Positions 34,846 through 49,530 of a stretch of DNA of 64,000 nt are shown piece by piece. The notes under the pieces were generated by a model. It made no database searches and was not told the DNA's origin. It saw nothing but the letters and a program-made list of their open reading frames with translations. A program made the position numbers and the translations under genes. Source of the stretch: Malacoraja senta (Eukaryota); contig JAXLNO010003457.1 of NCBI GenBank assembly GCA_038087875.1, forward strand, positions 1 to 64,000, read 5' to 3'. Each line of letters starts with the position of its first letter. Position 1 is the first letter of the stretch.

Positions 34846-34956
34846 CCCTTCTTCAAACGTCGGCGTGTCCCCGCCTCGACCCCTGTAATGAGTTTGTCGG
34901 AGCCGCGTCTGTCCGCGGTTCTAGAGGCGAATGGTGTTTCTCGCCGCTTCCCATCA

Positions 34957-35145
34957 TTTTATAACATGCAGTGACGTCAGCCAACGCCCCTTTTTCCAAC
35001 TTGTTGGGACAGAGGAAGAAAAGCCGGATCCCCCTCCCTTCCCTCCCCCTCCCACCTCTCCCTCCCCTCCCCCTCCCTCCCCCATCCCCCAACCACATGG
35101 TCTCCAATACTGAGTCCATGTGATGGAATTGGTGCGTTCGCCAAT
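34957..35145 (-). promoter_or_regulatory. Promoter of CNP-like copy 3 (TATA + CRE)
   Basis: TATAAAA 34963-34957; TGACGTCA 34972-34979; polypurine tract and CCAAT as in copy 2. Confidence 0.8.
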
Positions 35146-38100
35146 GCGGGAAGGCGGCGGCTTCACAGTCGGAGCGGGCGATGGGTGGTTGGACCATTTG
35201 ATAATCAATTGACACATAAACCGATCCGGTGCGGATGCAGATCAAATTTTGATCGATTAAGAAACCACACGGATCACCCGTTGGTATCGCCCCTTACATA
35301 TCCACAAACATGCTCGTGAAAAACTAGTAAATATTCTGTGAAGACGGGGGAATCTGACGAGCAGCGAATGTTATTTTAACGATATCTAGCTGAGGTTTAT
35401 CGAGATGCGAACACATCTTTGCGAAAGAATTGCAGAGAAACGCGAGCCAAATCTTTGTTAATACTAAAACAGCATTAAAATATTGGCGTTATTTTAAAAT
35501 GACTAATATTGTAAAGATATTTTATATTTAATTAACTGTGAATCCGGGATTGGACTTTAAACGATGGAACGGTACCAAATAATTCGTTCATATTTCCACT
35601 CCTTTGTTTTTAAATTGGGCGTCGGTAATAATCAGGCACAAGGAACCGCAACGTATTTTCAGCAAAACACAAAATACTGGAGTAACTGAGCCGGTCAGGC
35701 AACATCTGTGGAGGGAATGGACAGATGACGTTTAGAGTCGGGACCCTTCTTCAGACTGAAGGATCGCAGTCAGTCCATCCTGAGGATGCTATGAGAATGC
35801 AAGGTGACTTGGACAGGTTGTCTATTGTCTATTGTCCATCCCCTCCAGAGATGCTGCCTGACCCGCTGAGTTACTCCAGCACTCTGTGAAACGTCACCTA
35901 TCCATGTTCTCCACAGATGCTGCCTGACCCGATGAGTTACTCCAGCACTCTGTGAAACGTCACCTATCCATGTTCTCCACAGATGCTGCCTGACCCGCTG
36001 AGTTACTCCAGCATTTTGTGTTTGACGACTTAGGCAACCGGCGAAAAATTATTCTTGGAAAAAGTGCAAATCTATGAGTGAAGTTGGAAGGAACTCTCAA
36101 TGCTTCAGAAACGGTAAAAACAAAACCTTCACAAGACATAATGTTTTGGTGTAAATCTGCAATTACCGCTTCGCCCCTCGGTTGGTCCGCGAAAGCTGCA
36201 CTGCCCGAATTTTTAGAAGGATTAGTTTCTAATTTTCCTTCACACACCAATGGAACTCTGCCACTTTGTGCAACGGTCGCGTTTAATGTGTGACGCCAGA
36301 TATAGGTTGGTATGATTAGCAATGGGATCCGCGCGATGCTGAAGAATGTGAATTAATGGTACGGTTTGGTCAATTCTCAGCTTGGTTCTGTCTGCCAACG
36401 AGGACACCGCGAAACAGCATTAATTAAACACACCGGAGATTCTCATTAAAATGCACGCTTTGTATATAAACACGAACAACTGTATTTGATGGTTAGTAGG
36501 CGCTTCCCTGTCTAAATCACAGCAAAGACTCGGTGATCACTGACGGGCCTGAAATGCGAGGTGTGCTTTTCTGATCTTGATCCCGCACCTGCACTGGTAG
36601 AGCTGGAAGCCTCGTTTAGTGAAAGGCGGCGTGTCAGACCGACCAGTATTCGTTCATAATAAAACAATATGCCATAGATTTCAAACAATGACTTAAACGG
36701 TTTGTTTTTAAGAAGGTAAACGCACATATTCCCCGCGCATCTGTGTGAACTGGGACACTGTACAAACACAGAACTTGGCCACGCTCACCGCAGAGTTTTC
36801 CTCTTGAAATTGCAATGATGACATTGTCCAAGAAATGTACGCGGGGATTCCTCGTTAACGGGTCGGACACACATTCCTCGCTAACGAGTCTCAACCCGAA
36901 TCGTCACCTATTCCTTCTCTCCAGAGATGCTGCCTGTCCCGCTGAGTTACTCCAGCATTGTGTGTGTATTTTAGGAACAATGTCTGCCTTACGTCTGACT
37001 GAAGCGGCACATTAGCGGTTCTGAGATTCCCGGCAAGATGAGCGATGCCCGCACGTGTCTCTGGTGTTGTTGCAGCTTCTGTACTTCCCGCTTGCCCGGC
37101 GACAATCTCAATACCTCTCCGGACATTTTATGAGCAGGGTCCTGGTTCCTTGTAGATTGTTAGCGGAGGCGCGATCCAGCCTCGCCGATTTAATTTGTGT
37201 TCAGGTTGTGTGTGTCTGCGGGGGGAATTATCTTCGTGGTGTCCCAACTGCATGGACGGGCTGCGACCACCCGACCTCGCCACCCCACCCGGACAACTCC
37301 AGTGCGGGCCAGACTACGGCGGTCCGGCACGATCCTTAACACAAACCCTAACCCCGTTCATGGGCCTAGAAAGAAACATAAATTGGTCAACCGGGCGTAG
37401 GAAGAGGGCAGAGAGGAAATGGATGGAAGCGTTAAAGGCGCGAGAGCACAACGGCCTTAATCTAGCAACAACTCAAACCTCGGGTGGACCCTGACTGACT
37501 CCTACAAATCTACAGAAGGGCAAGTGTAAAGGGGAGTAGATTTGGACGAGGGTGATGAGACCGTGGGTCAGACCAAAGTGGCAGGACACGGTGAAAAGGA
37601 ATCTCCAGGGGGAGATCAGTGAGCACGAGGCATTTTGTCCCACTGCCCAATAAATGATAACCTAACCCCGTTTCATGTTTAGGATCAAAGCCCGACAAAG
37701 CCACCGAACGCAGCTCAACCGACAGCGAGGAAAACAACCAAAGCAACATAAAGCGAATACATTTGGTACCAAGGTCTGTTTTTACGGTGACATTCAGTCA
37801 TTTTCAGTGTGGCGCTCTCAAAATGTGAAACATCGTTTAGCAAGTAGTAAATAATGGAGTAGCAAGATGGATTCAAAAGTGGCTGAATGGGAGATACCAG
37901 AGAGTAATGGTGGATGGCTGTTTGTCAGGTTGGAGGCCGGTGACTAGTGGGGTGCCTCAGGGATCTGTGTTGGGTCCACTGTTGTTTGTCATATACATCA
38001 ATGATCTGGATGATGGTGTGGAAAATTGGATTAGTAAGTATGCAGATGATACTAAAATAGGTGGTGTTGTGGATAATGAAGTAGATTTTCAAAGTCTACA

Positions 38101-41100
38101 GAGAGATTTAGGCCATTTGGAAGATTGGGCTGAAAGATGGCAGATGGAGTTTAATGCTGATAAGTGTGAGGTGCTACATCTTGGCAGGACAAATCAAAAT
38201 AGGACGTACATAGTAAATGGTAGCGAATTGAGGAATGCAGTTGAACAGAGGGATCTAGGAATAACTGTGCATAGTTCCCTGAAGGTGGAATCTCATGTAG
38301 ATAGGGTGGTAAAGAAAGCTTTTGGTGTGCTGGCCTTTATAAATCAGAGCATTGAGTATAGAAGTTGGGATATAATGTTAAAATTGTACAAGGCAATGGT
38401 GAGGCCATTTCTGGAATATGGTGTGCAATTCTGGTCGTCAAATTATAGGAAAGATGTCAATAAAACAGAGAGAGTACAGAGGAGATTTACTAGAATGTTG
38501 CCTGGGTTTCAGCACCTAAGTTACAGAGAAAGGTTGAACAAGATAGGTCTTTATTGTTTGGATAGAGATCTTTAAAATTATGAGAGGGATAGACAGAGTT
38601 GACGTGGATAAGCGTTTTCCATTGAGAGCAGAGAAGTTTCAAACAAGAGGACATGATTTGAGAATTAAGGGACACAAGATTAGGGGCAACATGAGGGGAA
38701 ACTTCTTTACTCAGAGGGTGGTAGCTGTGTGGAATGAGCTTCCAGTGGAAGTGGTGAAGGCAGGTTCGATTTTATCATTTAAAAATAAATTGGATAGGTA
38801 TATGGACGGGAAAGGAATGGAGGTAGATGGGACTAGGTGGGAGTAAGTGTTCCGCACGGACTAGAAGGGCCGAGATGGCCTGTTTAGGTGCTGTAATTGT
38901 TATATGGTTATAAGAGTCAGGCGCGATCAGTCGGGGCTCAAACTCGTCGCGATTATCGGTAACGTCGGTGAGAATTTCCAATCCTTATAGAATCCCACTG
39001 GTTTGCAGCTTTGTTTAATTCCCCTGGTGTTGATTTCTCTCTCCCCCCCCCAACCACATTTTGGCCGTTGGTTTTCAGTGCCGACCACCCCCCCCCCCCC
39101 CCCGCCCGACCCTCACCCTCCACCCTGATCTCAGGTTACATCCGACATCCACTTTCCGCCGCTCCCTCGTCCGTTCTGCGCCAGTTCTGCTCTGCTCTGG
39201 CCCGGGTGTAACGCTGGGCCCACTTTGAGGATGTTGTACAACTTTCCGGAGCGGGGCCGCCATGGAATCGGCCAATGATTACAATCGGCCAAGTGCAGCA
39301 GTTGCGCCACTTTCACCTCGTTTACAAATCACTGCGTTTATTGCCGCGAACGGCGATGAAGTCGATAGTAAATGCTCTCCGATGATGCAAGTCCGAGTTT
39401 GGTGTTTGGGTCTCGGTTTCACGTAGAGTTTAGATCCCGGCCCGTCAATGTAATTGTGTTAATATTAATGTGAACTCTGGTGAGGTACTTTACAGAACAT
39501 GTACATACTAACACGGTTGTGTTGAGCCAGCACCGCCATTCAATATGATTATGGCTGATCATCTAAAATCAGTACTCCGTTCCTGCTTTTTCCCCATATC
39601 CCTTGATTCCTTTAAGAACTAAATGTAACTCTCTCTTGAAAGTGACCCACCTGGTTCGTCCTATTGCTTACCATCTCCCGCCACCCCCCCCCCTCACCTC
39701 TTTAAACGAGCTCTCTCCCATTAACACTGTCATGTTCCTGCATAATCTCCACAGGAAACAATCTACCCCTTTGCTTCCACAGATGCTGCCTGACCCACCG
39801 AATTTCTCTAGAAAATCGTTTATTGCATTCATGTTTTGTGATGTACTTACTACACTTTAATGTTCCTAGCTTTTAACATGGTACAGTACTTTCGTAATGC
39901 AAAAACAATTATGCTTGAGATTGTTATTTTAACATTCCTTGATTCGCCATAATATTTTCCAATACCCTGGAATTGGACCCTGTGACAGTTTGCTTGCAGG
40001 AAAGACCAGTAATAGAGAATCATTGCTAGATATTAAAATGTTTAACGACACAGAAATAAAATAATCTTTTCAGAAAATGACCTGTCACCCCACCCAAAAT
40101 ACAATGCCCAGCACTTCACACACCTCCGCATTTGGCACATAGCCTCAGCAACCCTAGTTTGTACAAGGTGAGGCAGAGGTTCACGCACCTCCTCCAACCT
40201 CATCTACTGTATCCACTGTTCCAGCTGTCAACTCCTGTACATCGACGAGACCAAGCGCAGGCTCGGCGATCGTTTCAGTGAACACCTCCGCTCAGTCCGT
40301 CTTATCCTACCTGATCTCCCGGTTGCTCAGCACTTTAACACCCCCTCACATTCCCAATCTGACCTTTCTGTCCTGGGCCTCCTCCATTGTCAGAGTGAGG
40401 CCCAGCGCAAATTGGAGGAACAGCACCTCATATTTCGCTTGGGCAGCTTACACCTCAGCGGTATGAACATTGACTTATCTAAATTCAAGTAACCCTTGCT
40501 TTCCCTCTCCCTCCATCCCCTCCACCTTTCCAGTTTTCCCACCAGTCTTAATGTCTGTGACTATATTCTATCTCTGTCCTGCCCACTCCCCTGAAATCAG
40601 TCTGAAGAAGGGTCTCGACCCAAAACGTCACCCATTCCTTCTCTCCAGACATGCTGCCTGTCTCGCTGAGTTACTCCAGCTTTTTGTGTCTATCTTTGTA
40701 CAAGTATCTAACAAGCTTGCAGCCATTGTACACTGTCCAAATATTCACCATCCAAATAAAGCTTAAATCTTATAACTCCCTCTAACAGTGGAGTTATTCA
40801 CAATTTGTTGGGCAAATTATTCAATAACGCCAAAGAAATCAAAAGCAACATTATCACCCAATTATCTGACGTCTTTTAAAATTATATACCAGATATTTTA
40901 AAGAATTACCTACAAAGAACTAAATATGTACAATTGGAAACAACCCGTCCTATTATTTTAATGCAATTGATCGTCAATCTCTTGATCAATATACAGTGTT
41001 TTAATTATTCTTTAAAATCAATTCAGTAAAATAATTCATGTATCTTTACATATATCCGGGCAGTACTTCAATAACAGTGATGGGCCAAAGGATTGTGTCC

Positions 41101-43381
41101 CCATCCCCCATGAATGATGTAAAAATGTATGGACAATACATAAACACACATTGTAATTATCATACAAGACAAGCTTAGTCAGCATTCATATTCAAAGTAT
41201 GCTTCAGTACTCAACAGAGGAGGATTAACGGAAAAGTGTTCCGCCCGCTACCTAAGCGCTATAAGCAAATAATAATTATATTATATACTAATTATATACA
41301 CTGCAAATACCGACAGCTAAAAAAATACACAGCAACAATTTTTAAACTATTCCGCATTTTCACCTATTTGTTTCCCCCTAAATATTGCAAAAAATGTTTG
41401 TGGGAACAATGAAGGATGAGCTCAAGGTGCTTCATCTAACTCAAGATTTTCAATGTATCAAACATATTCAGAGCTCTATTACGTATCAATCCCATCGCTG
41501 ATCCCAATTGCACATCCATAATCCACCAAACCCGCATCACTGTATTCATTTACCGAAAATCTTTTGCACAAAAATAACTACATGACTATTTTAAGGGACC
41601 ATTAATACTCCCACACTACTTCATTTTACTGCACACCAAATGCCAAACAACAACCGTGTTTAGTAATACCGAAGTCGCTTACAGTAAATTATACCTTTAA
41701 TGCAAACAACCCTTTTTCTGCACTTCATGACTATGCAACAGTTCATTACATGATTCGCTTTACTGTAATACATTACCTGATCCCTAATGTTGTACCCAAC
41801 TTCATTCCAAATCTCCTTTGCCTCAATCCTTTACAACAGATGGGCATTACCGCAAGCAATTGCCATTTCGTGCCCTCCTTACTATTCACCATTACCTCGC
41901 CAAATCCTGCTTATTGTCCCCGGTGCGTCAGATCACTTTCACTGCATTAGACTCTCATTATTGTGCCAGATACCTATTATCTGTGAGTGCGTTTATTTTT
42001 GAGTTATTTTTCACTCTTATCCCGTTTCAATTCCCAGCAGAAGTTGCGGATCACCCAGTGTCAAATGACCAGGTCATACTCACGAACATGGTACAACAGT
42101 ATTTATTGAAAGGCACTCATAACATGCTGCAGCATGTTGCTTCAGCTGTGTTGCCGTGTAGATTAAATGCGATAATATGAACAGTGTAGTAGGCGGAGCT
42201 TCTAGTAATAAAGCACTACATTGGTTAGTAAGTGAAGTAACCAATCTACATCTTTCCTTGCAGAAATAAAAGTGGTGCACATCTAAATCTAGGTGACCTA
42301 TAAGAATAAACACACCACTACGTGATGACTGAATAATATAGATCCTCGTCTGCTCCCTTCTCCGGTTAAATAACCGGGGACCCATGCGGCGAGAGCACTG
42401 GAGACCTGGGGGGTGAACACGGCGAAGCTGGCGAGTGCGGCACCGAACGTTGTGGTGAGGGCATAGCTGGTCTGCAGCAGCAGAGCATGAGGGAAGAGAC
42501 AGTCCGACAGTAGAAGGGTAGATCGGACGCGTGGCCTCTGGATACGAGACCACAGGACGTGGTTCCTACACAGGAAGGAGATGTTGACGGTTGCTTGTGG
42601 TATTCTTGAACAAACTAGCGTATTCCGGCCAATCTATACCCAGTTTATCCAAGCTCAGTATCTTCTCGTAGCTCCTCATCGAAAACTTCAGGGAGGGACT
42701 CAGATACTTACACGCAGACACACCTGCTGATTGATTGCGCCACGAGGAGGATTTCTTAGAGTTCGTGATTTGAATTGTAATAAGTGGATGTTTTTGTAGG
42801 TTAGAGTTCATTCCTTCTCCAACAAAATGGGAAACCACGCCAATGAAGACATGACCGCTGACTCCGTCGGTCCTCTGCAATAATATGGAGTGAATTTCCA
42901 AAGGGAAATTGCTTTTTTATTTTTTTAATTTCATTTTTATTTATTAGAAGCAGTGTACAAAAATATAACCAGCGGCATATGACATAATACATTTATTGTA
43001 CAGCTTCAATTTCAATTTTTAGCTATAGCTAAGAGAACAGAAGAGAGAAAAAGCAAGAGAGAGAAAAAGTGGATGTGCAAGGATAGAACCCCTAGACTAC
43101 CAAATTGGTGTAGCCAAAGAGTGAGTAAGTAAAATAAATAAGGAAGACATAGAGAGTGGTGAATCTGTGGAATTCTCTGCCACAGAAAGTAGTTGAGGCC
43201 AGTTCATTGGCTATGTTTAAGAGGAAGTTAGATGTGGCCCTTGTGTCTAAAGGGATCTGGAGGTATGGAGAGAAGGCAGGTACAGGATACTGAGTTGGAT
43301 GATCAGCCATGATTATATTGAATGGCGGTGCAGGCTCGAAGGGCCGAATGGCCTACTCCTGCACCTATTGTCTATGTTTCT

Positions 43382-44750
43382 ATACCTAGACCAGGTTGCC
43401 TCAAGGATTTGTCAACTCGCCTACATTGTTTTCCAGGTGTCTGCAGGATCAGCTAAGTACATTAAAGTTTAAAATGAATTCCACATTGGTGCAGTATGTT
43501 GATGACCTATTGGTAGCAAGTAAGGATGAATCCAGTAATCGGGAAGACTCTGCACAATTACTGAATCATCTAGCCGATCTAGGATATGTGGTTTCCCCAT
43601 CTAAAGTATTAGTAGCTCAGGAGAAAGTAACATTTCTAGGGATTATAATTTCGGCCACCGAAAGAAGTCTTGAGAAGAGCAGACTCTAACCTATTTGTCA
43701 ATTTCCAGTTCCAAAAGAAGCCAAACAAGTGAGGCAATGGCTTGGCATGGTCAATTATTGCAGACCCTGGATTCCAAATATAGCTCTAGAGACCAAGGAG
43801 CTAACACCCTATACCAGCAAGGAGGGTGAATTTAAAGTGACATGAGAGGCACAGGAAGGATTTGATGACTTGAAAATATCATTGATGCGAGCCCCGCCAT
43901 TGGGAAGGCCATTATACGATCGTCCCTTCCAGCTGCATTGTACAATTCTATCTGATTGTGCAACTTCAGTATTAATGCAAAAGCATGGGGATAGACATAG
44001 GCCAGTTGCATACTACTCCTCTAAATTAGACCAAGTACTCAAATCTCAGTACTCAGTAGATTTGCACTCAAATCTTAACTGCAATCTACAATAGTTTACA
44101 ATCGGCTGCTAATTTGACACTCCAGCAGCAAATTGTAGTGTACAGTTCACATTCGGTATCGGCATTGTTGGGGCAGCTTCAAACCCAGCATTTGACAATG
44201 GCCCGCCGAAATAAGTATGAGATCTACCTGCTAAACAATCTGAAATTACAGTTCAAGCACTGTACATTAATTAACCCAGCCTCTTTTCTTATTTCACCCC
44301 CAGAAGAGCGAGCAGAAGCAGGACACGACTGTCTATTTGTTACAGAGGAGGAAAAATCAGTGAGAGAGGACTTGAGGGATGTACCCAGGGAAAACCCTGA
44401 CATCACATTATATGTGGACGGTAGTGCATTCATTGGACCGCGAGGTGAGAGGTTGTCTGGGTATGCAATTATTAATCAAGGAATGGAAATTGTAGAAGCA
44501 GCTGCTTTTGAATGACCATATTCAGCACTACAATCTGAATTATTCACTTTAATTAGGGCGTATTATTGGGGAAGATCTGAAAGTAAACATTTACACTGAT
44601 TCTCGATATGCATTTGGAGTGGTGCATGATTTCGGACAATTATGGAAAAATAGAGGATTTCTAACTTCTGCCGGAACCCAAATATCACACGAATAATTGG
44701 TGATAAATTTATTGAAGGCCTTAATGCTACCCAGACAAATCTCCGTAATA
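43382..44750 (+). mobile_element. ERV pol fragment, unit 2 copy
   Basis: Near-identical to 23355-24722. Confidence 0.9.
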
Positions 44751-45222
44751 AAATAATAATAATAATAATAATAAATTTTATTTATGGGCGCCTTTCAAGA
44801 GTCTCAAGGACACCTTACAAAATTTAACATATAGTGTAAAAACATGTAAGCGGAATGAAATAAATAGTAAAGACATCACCAGTACACAAATTAAAGACAG
44901 AATTCAATCCGAAAACAAAAATCAAAAACACAATATGAAAGAGAGAGCAGCGGCTGCTAAAACTAGCCAGCGTCCACCCCCCCCCCCTTCCGGCAGCCAT
45001 CTTGGACACAGAATAAAATAATCATTTACACACAAAAATCATCCCCCCACAATGATTACCACTGTGGGGGTAGGCACAATGTCCAGTCCCCAACCCCAGT
45101 TCTCCGAAAGTCTGCACCAATGTGGAATTCATTTTAAACTTTAATGTACTTAGCTGATCCTGCAGACACCTGGAAAACAATGTAGGCGAGTTGACAAATC
45201 CTTGAGGCAACCTGGTCCAGGT

Positions 45223-48200
45223 ATAGAAACATAGAAAATAGGTGCAGGAGTAGGCCATTCGGCCTTTCGAGCCTGCACCGCCATTCAATATGATCATGGC
45301 TGATCATCCAACTCAGTACGCTGTACCCGCCTTCTCTCCATACCCCCTGATCCCATTAGCCACAAGGGCCACATCTAACTCCCTCTGAAATATAGCCAAT
45401 GAACTGGCCTCAACTACCTTCTGTGGCAGAGAGTTCCAGAGATTCACCTGTGTGAAAAATGTTTTTCTCATCTCGGTCCTAAAGGATTTCCCCTTAATCT
45501 TTAAACTGTGACCCCTTGCCCTAGACTTCCCCAACATTGGGAACAATCTTCCTGCATCTAGCCTGTCCAACCCCTTAAGAATTTTGTAAGTTTCTATAAG
45601 ATCCCCCCTCAATCTTCTAAATTCTAGCGAGTACAAGCCGAGTCTATCCAGTCTTTCTTCATATGAAAGTCCTGACATCCCAGGAATCAATCTGGTGAAC
45701 CTTGTCTGTACTCCCTCTATGGCAAGAATGTCTTTCCTCAGATTTGGAGACCAAAACTGTACGCAATACTCCAGGTGTGGTCTCACCAAGACCCTGTACA
45801 ACTGCAGTAGAACCTCCCTGCTCCTATACTCAAATCCTTTTGCTATTAATGCTAACAAACCATTCGCCTTCTTCACTGCCTGCTGCACCTGCATGCCTAC
45901 TTTCAATGACTGGTGCACCATGACACCCAGGTCTCGTTGCATCTCCCCTTTTCCTAATCGGCCACCATTTAGATAATAGTCTACTTTCCTGTTTTTGCCA
46001 CCAAAGTGGATAACCTCACATTTATCCACATTATACTGCATCTGCCATGCATTTGCCCACTCACCCAGCCTATCCAAGTCACCTTGCAGCCTCCTAGCAT
46101 CCTCCTCACAGCTAACACTGCCCCCCAGCTTCCTGTCATCCGCAAACTTGGAGATGTTGCATTCAATTCCCTCGTCCAAATCATTAATATATATTGTAAA
46201 TAGCTGGGGTCCCAGCACTGAGCCTTGCGGTACCCCACTAGTCACTGCCTGCGATTCTGAAAAGGACCCGTTTACTCCTACTCTTTGCTTCCTGTTTGCC
46301 AGCGAGTTCTCTATCCACATCAATACTGAACCCCCAATACCGTGTGCTTTAAGTTTGTATACTAATCTCTTATGTGGGACCTTGTCGAAAGCCTTCTGAA
46401 AGTCCAGATATAACACATCCACTGGTTCTCCCTTATCCACTCTACTAGTTACATCCTCGAAAAATTCTATAAGATTCGTCAGACATGATTTATCTTTCAT
46501 AAATCCATGCTGACTTTGTCCAATGATTTCACCACTTTCCAAATGTGCTGCTATTCCATCTTTAATAACTGACTCTAGCAGTTTTCCCACTACCGATGTT
46601 AGACTAACTGGTCTGTAATTCCCCATTTTCTCTCTCCCTCACCTTTTAAAAAGGGGGGTTACATTAGCTACCCTCCAATCCTCAGGAACTACTCCAGAAT
46701 CTAAGGAGTTTTGAAAAATTATCATTAATGCATCCACTATTTCTGGGGCCACTTCCTTAATACTCTGGGATGCAGCCTATCTGGCCCTGGGGATTTATCG
46801 GCCTTTAATCCATTCAATTTACCTAACACCACTTCCCGGCTAACCTGGATTTCACTCAGTTCCTCTATCTCATTTGACCGGCGGTCCCCTGCTATTTCTG
46901 GCAGATTATTTATGTCTTCCTAAGTGGTTATTCAATTGGTCTGACATATCCTTGTTCCCCATGATCAATTCACCGGTTTCTGACTGCAAGGGACCTACAT
47001 TTGTTTAAACTAATCTCTTTCTCTTCACATATCTATAAAAACTTTTGCAGTCAGTTTTTATGTTCCCTGCCAGTTTTCTTTCATAATCTATTTTCCCTTT
47101 CCTAATTAATCCCTTTGTCCTCCTCTGCTGGACTCTGAATTTCTCCCAGTCCTCTAGTAGGCTGCTTTTTCTGGCTAATTTGTACGCTTCATCTTTTGTT
47201 TTGATACTATCCCTGATTTCCCTTGTTATCCACGGATGCACTACCTTCCCTGATTTATTCTTTTGCCAAACTGGGATGAACAATTTTTGTAGTTCGCCAA
47301 TGCAGTCTTTAAATGCCTTCCATTGCATATCCACCGTCAACCCTTTAAGAATCAATTGCCAGTCAATCTTGGCCAATTCACGTTTCATACCCTCAAAGTT
47401 ACCTTTCTTTAAGTTCAGAACCATTGTTTCTGAATTAACAATGTCACTCTCCATCCTAATGAAGAACTCAACCATATTATGGTCACTCTTGCTCAAGGGG
47501 CCACGCACAACAAGACTGCTAACTAACCCTTCCTCATTACTCAATACCCTGTCTAGAATAGCCTGCTCTCTCGTTGGTTCCTCTACATGTTGGTTTAGAA
47601 AACTATCCCGCATACATTCCAAGAAATCCTCTTCCTCAGCACCCTGCCAATTTGATTCACCCAATCTATATGTAGATTGAAGTCACCCATTATAACTGTT
47701 TTACCTTTGTTGCATGCATTTCTAATTTCCTGTTTGATGCCATCCCCAACTCCACTACTACTGTTAGGTGGCCTGTACACAACACCAACTAGCGTTTTCT
47801 GCCCCTTAGTGTTTCAGAGCTCTACCCATATCGATTCCACATCCTCCAAGCTAATATCCTTCCTTTCCATTGCGTTAATCTCCTCTCTAACCAGCAACGC
47901 TACCCCACCTCCTTTTCCTTTCTGTCTATCCCTCCTGAATATTGAATATCCCTGGATGTTCAGCTCCCAGCCTTGGTCTCCCTGGAGCCATGTCTCCGTG
48001 ATCCCAACTATATCATAATCATTAATAGCTATCTGCACATTCAACTCATCCACCTTATTACGAATGCTCCTTGCATTGAGACACAAAGCCTTCAGGCTTG
48101 TTTTTACAACGCTCTTACCCCTTATACAATTATGTTGAAAAGTGGCCCTTTTTGATTTTTGCCCTGGAATTGCCTGCCTGCCACGTTTACTTTTCACCTT

Positions 48201-49530
48201 GCTACCTATTGCTTCTACCCTCATTTTACACCCCTCTGTCTCTCTGCTCACACATTTAAGAAACCCACCACCTCTTATTCTCTGTTGATTATTTTTTTCT
48301 TCTTCCCCCCTACCTGTTGCATCTGAGTGCTTCCCTTCTCTGCCTCCTGCCTCACACACTGTCTACAAGCTTTCTCTATTTGAGTCCCTCCCCCCAACCG
48401 TTCTAGTTTAAAGTCTCCACCGTAGCCTTTGCAAATATCCCCGCCAGGATATTGATCCCCCTCGGGTTCAAGTGCAACCCGTCCTTTTTGTACAGGTCAC
48501 ACCTTCCCCAAAAGAGGTCCCAATGATCCAGAAACTTGAATCCCTGCCCACTGCACCAGTCCTTCAACCACACATTTATCCTCCACCTCGCTCCATTCCT
48601 ACTCTCACTGTCGCGTGGCACAGGCAGTAATCCTGAGATTGTTACCTTTGCGGTCCTTCTCCTTAACTCTCCTCCTAACTCCCTAAATTCTCCTTTCAGG
48701 ACCTCTTCCCTTTTTCTACCTATGTCATTGGTACCTATTTGTACCACGACCTCAGGCTCCTCTCCCTCCCATTTCAGGATATCTTGGACACGTTCAGACA
48801 CATCCCGGACCCTGGCACCAGGGAGGCAAATTAACATCCGGGTCTCCTGACTGCGTCCACAGAATCGCCTATCTGACCCCCTAACTATAGAGTCCCCTAT
48901 TACTACTGCCCTCCTCTTCTTTTCCTTACCCTTCTGAGCAACAGGACCGGTCTCTGTACCGGAGGCCTGGCCGCTGTCGCTACCCCCAGATAGGCTGCCC
49001 CCCCCAACAGTACTCAAACAGGAGTACTTATTGTCAAGGTGTACAGCCACTGGGGTACTCTCTAGTCCCTGCCTGTGCCCCTTGCCCCTCCTAACCGTGA
49101 CCCACTTGCCTGCCTCCTGTGGTCTTGGAGTGACCACCTCTCTATAACTCCTCTCTATGACTTCCTAACTCTCCCTGACCAGACGGAGGTCATCGAGCTG
49201 CTGCTCCAGGTTCCTAATACGGTCCCTTAGGAGCCCCATCTCGACACGCCTGCCGCAGATGTGGACGTCTGGATGGCTATCAGACTCCTTGACTTCCCAC
49301 ATCTGACATCCAGAACAGTAAACTGCCCTGGCCTTCATACTCCTCCTGTACCTAGGATACAATACAATACAATACAAGTACAATACAAAGTACAATCTGC
49401 TGGAAGAAATCTGCAGGGATCTGACTCCCAATCAGCTGCTTCCTCTAGTCCGCTTCCACCAATCAGCGGCTTCCTCAAGCCCACTTGTTTTGGATTGTAA
49501 ACTGCGAATGGAACGTTACCGATTTGGGTT
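45223..49530 (-). mobile_element. Near full-length CR1, unit 2 copy, with the same disablements
   Basis: ORF coordinates are offset by exactly 20027 from unit 1. Confidence 0.93.
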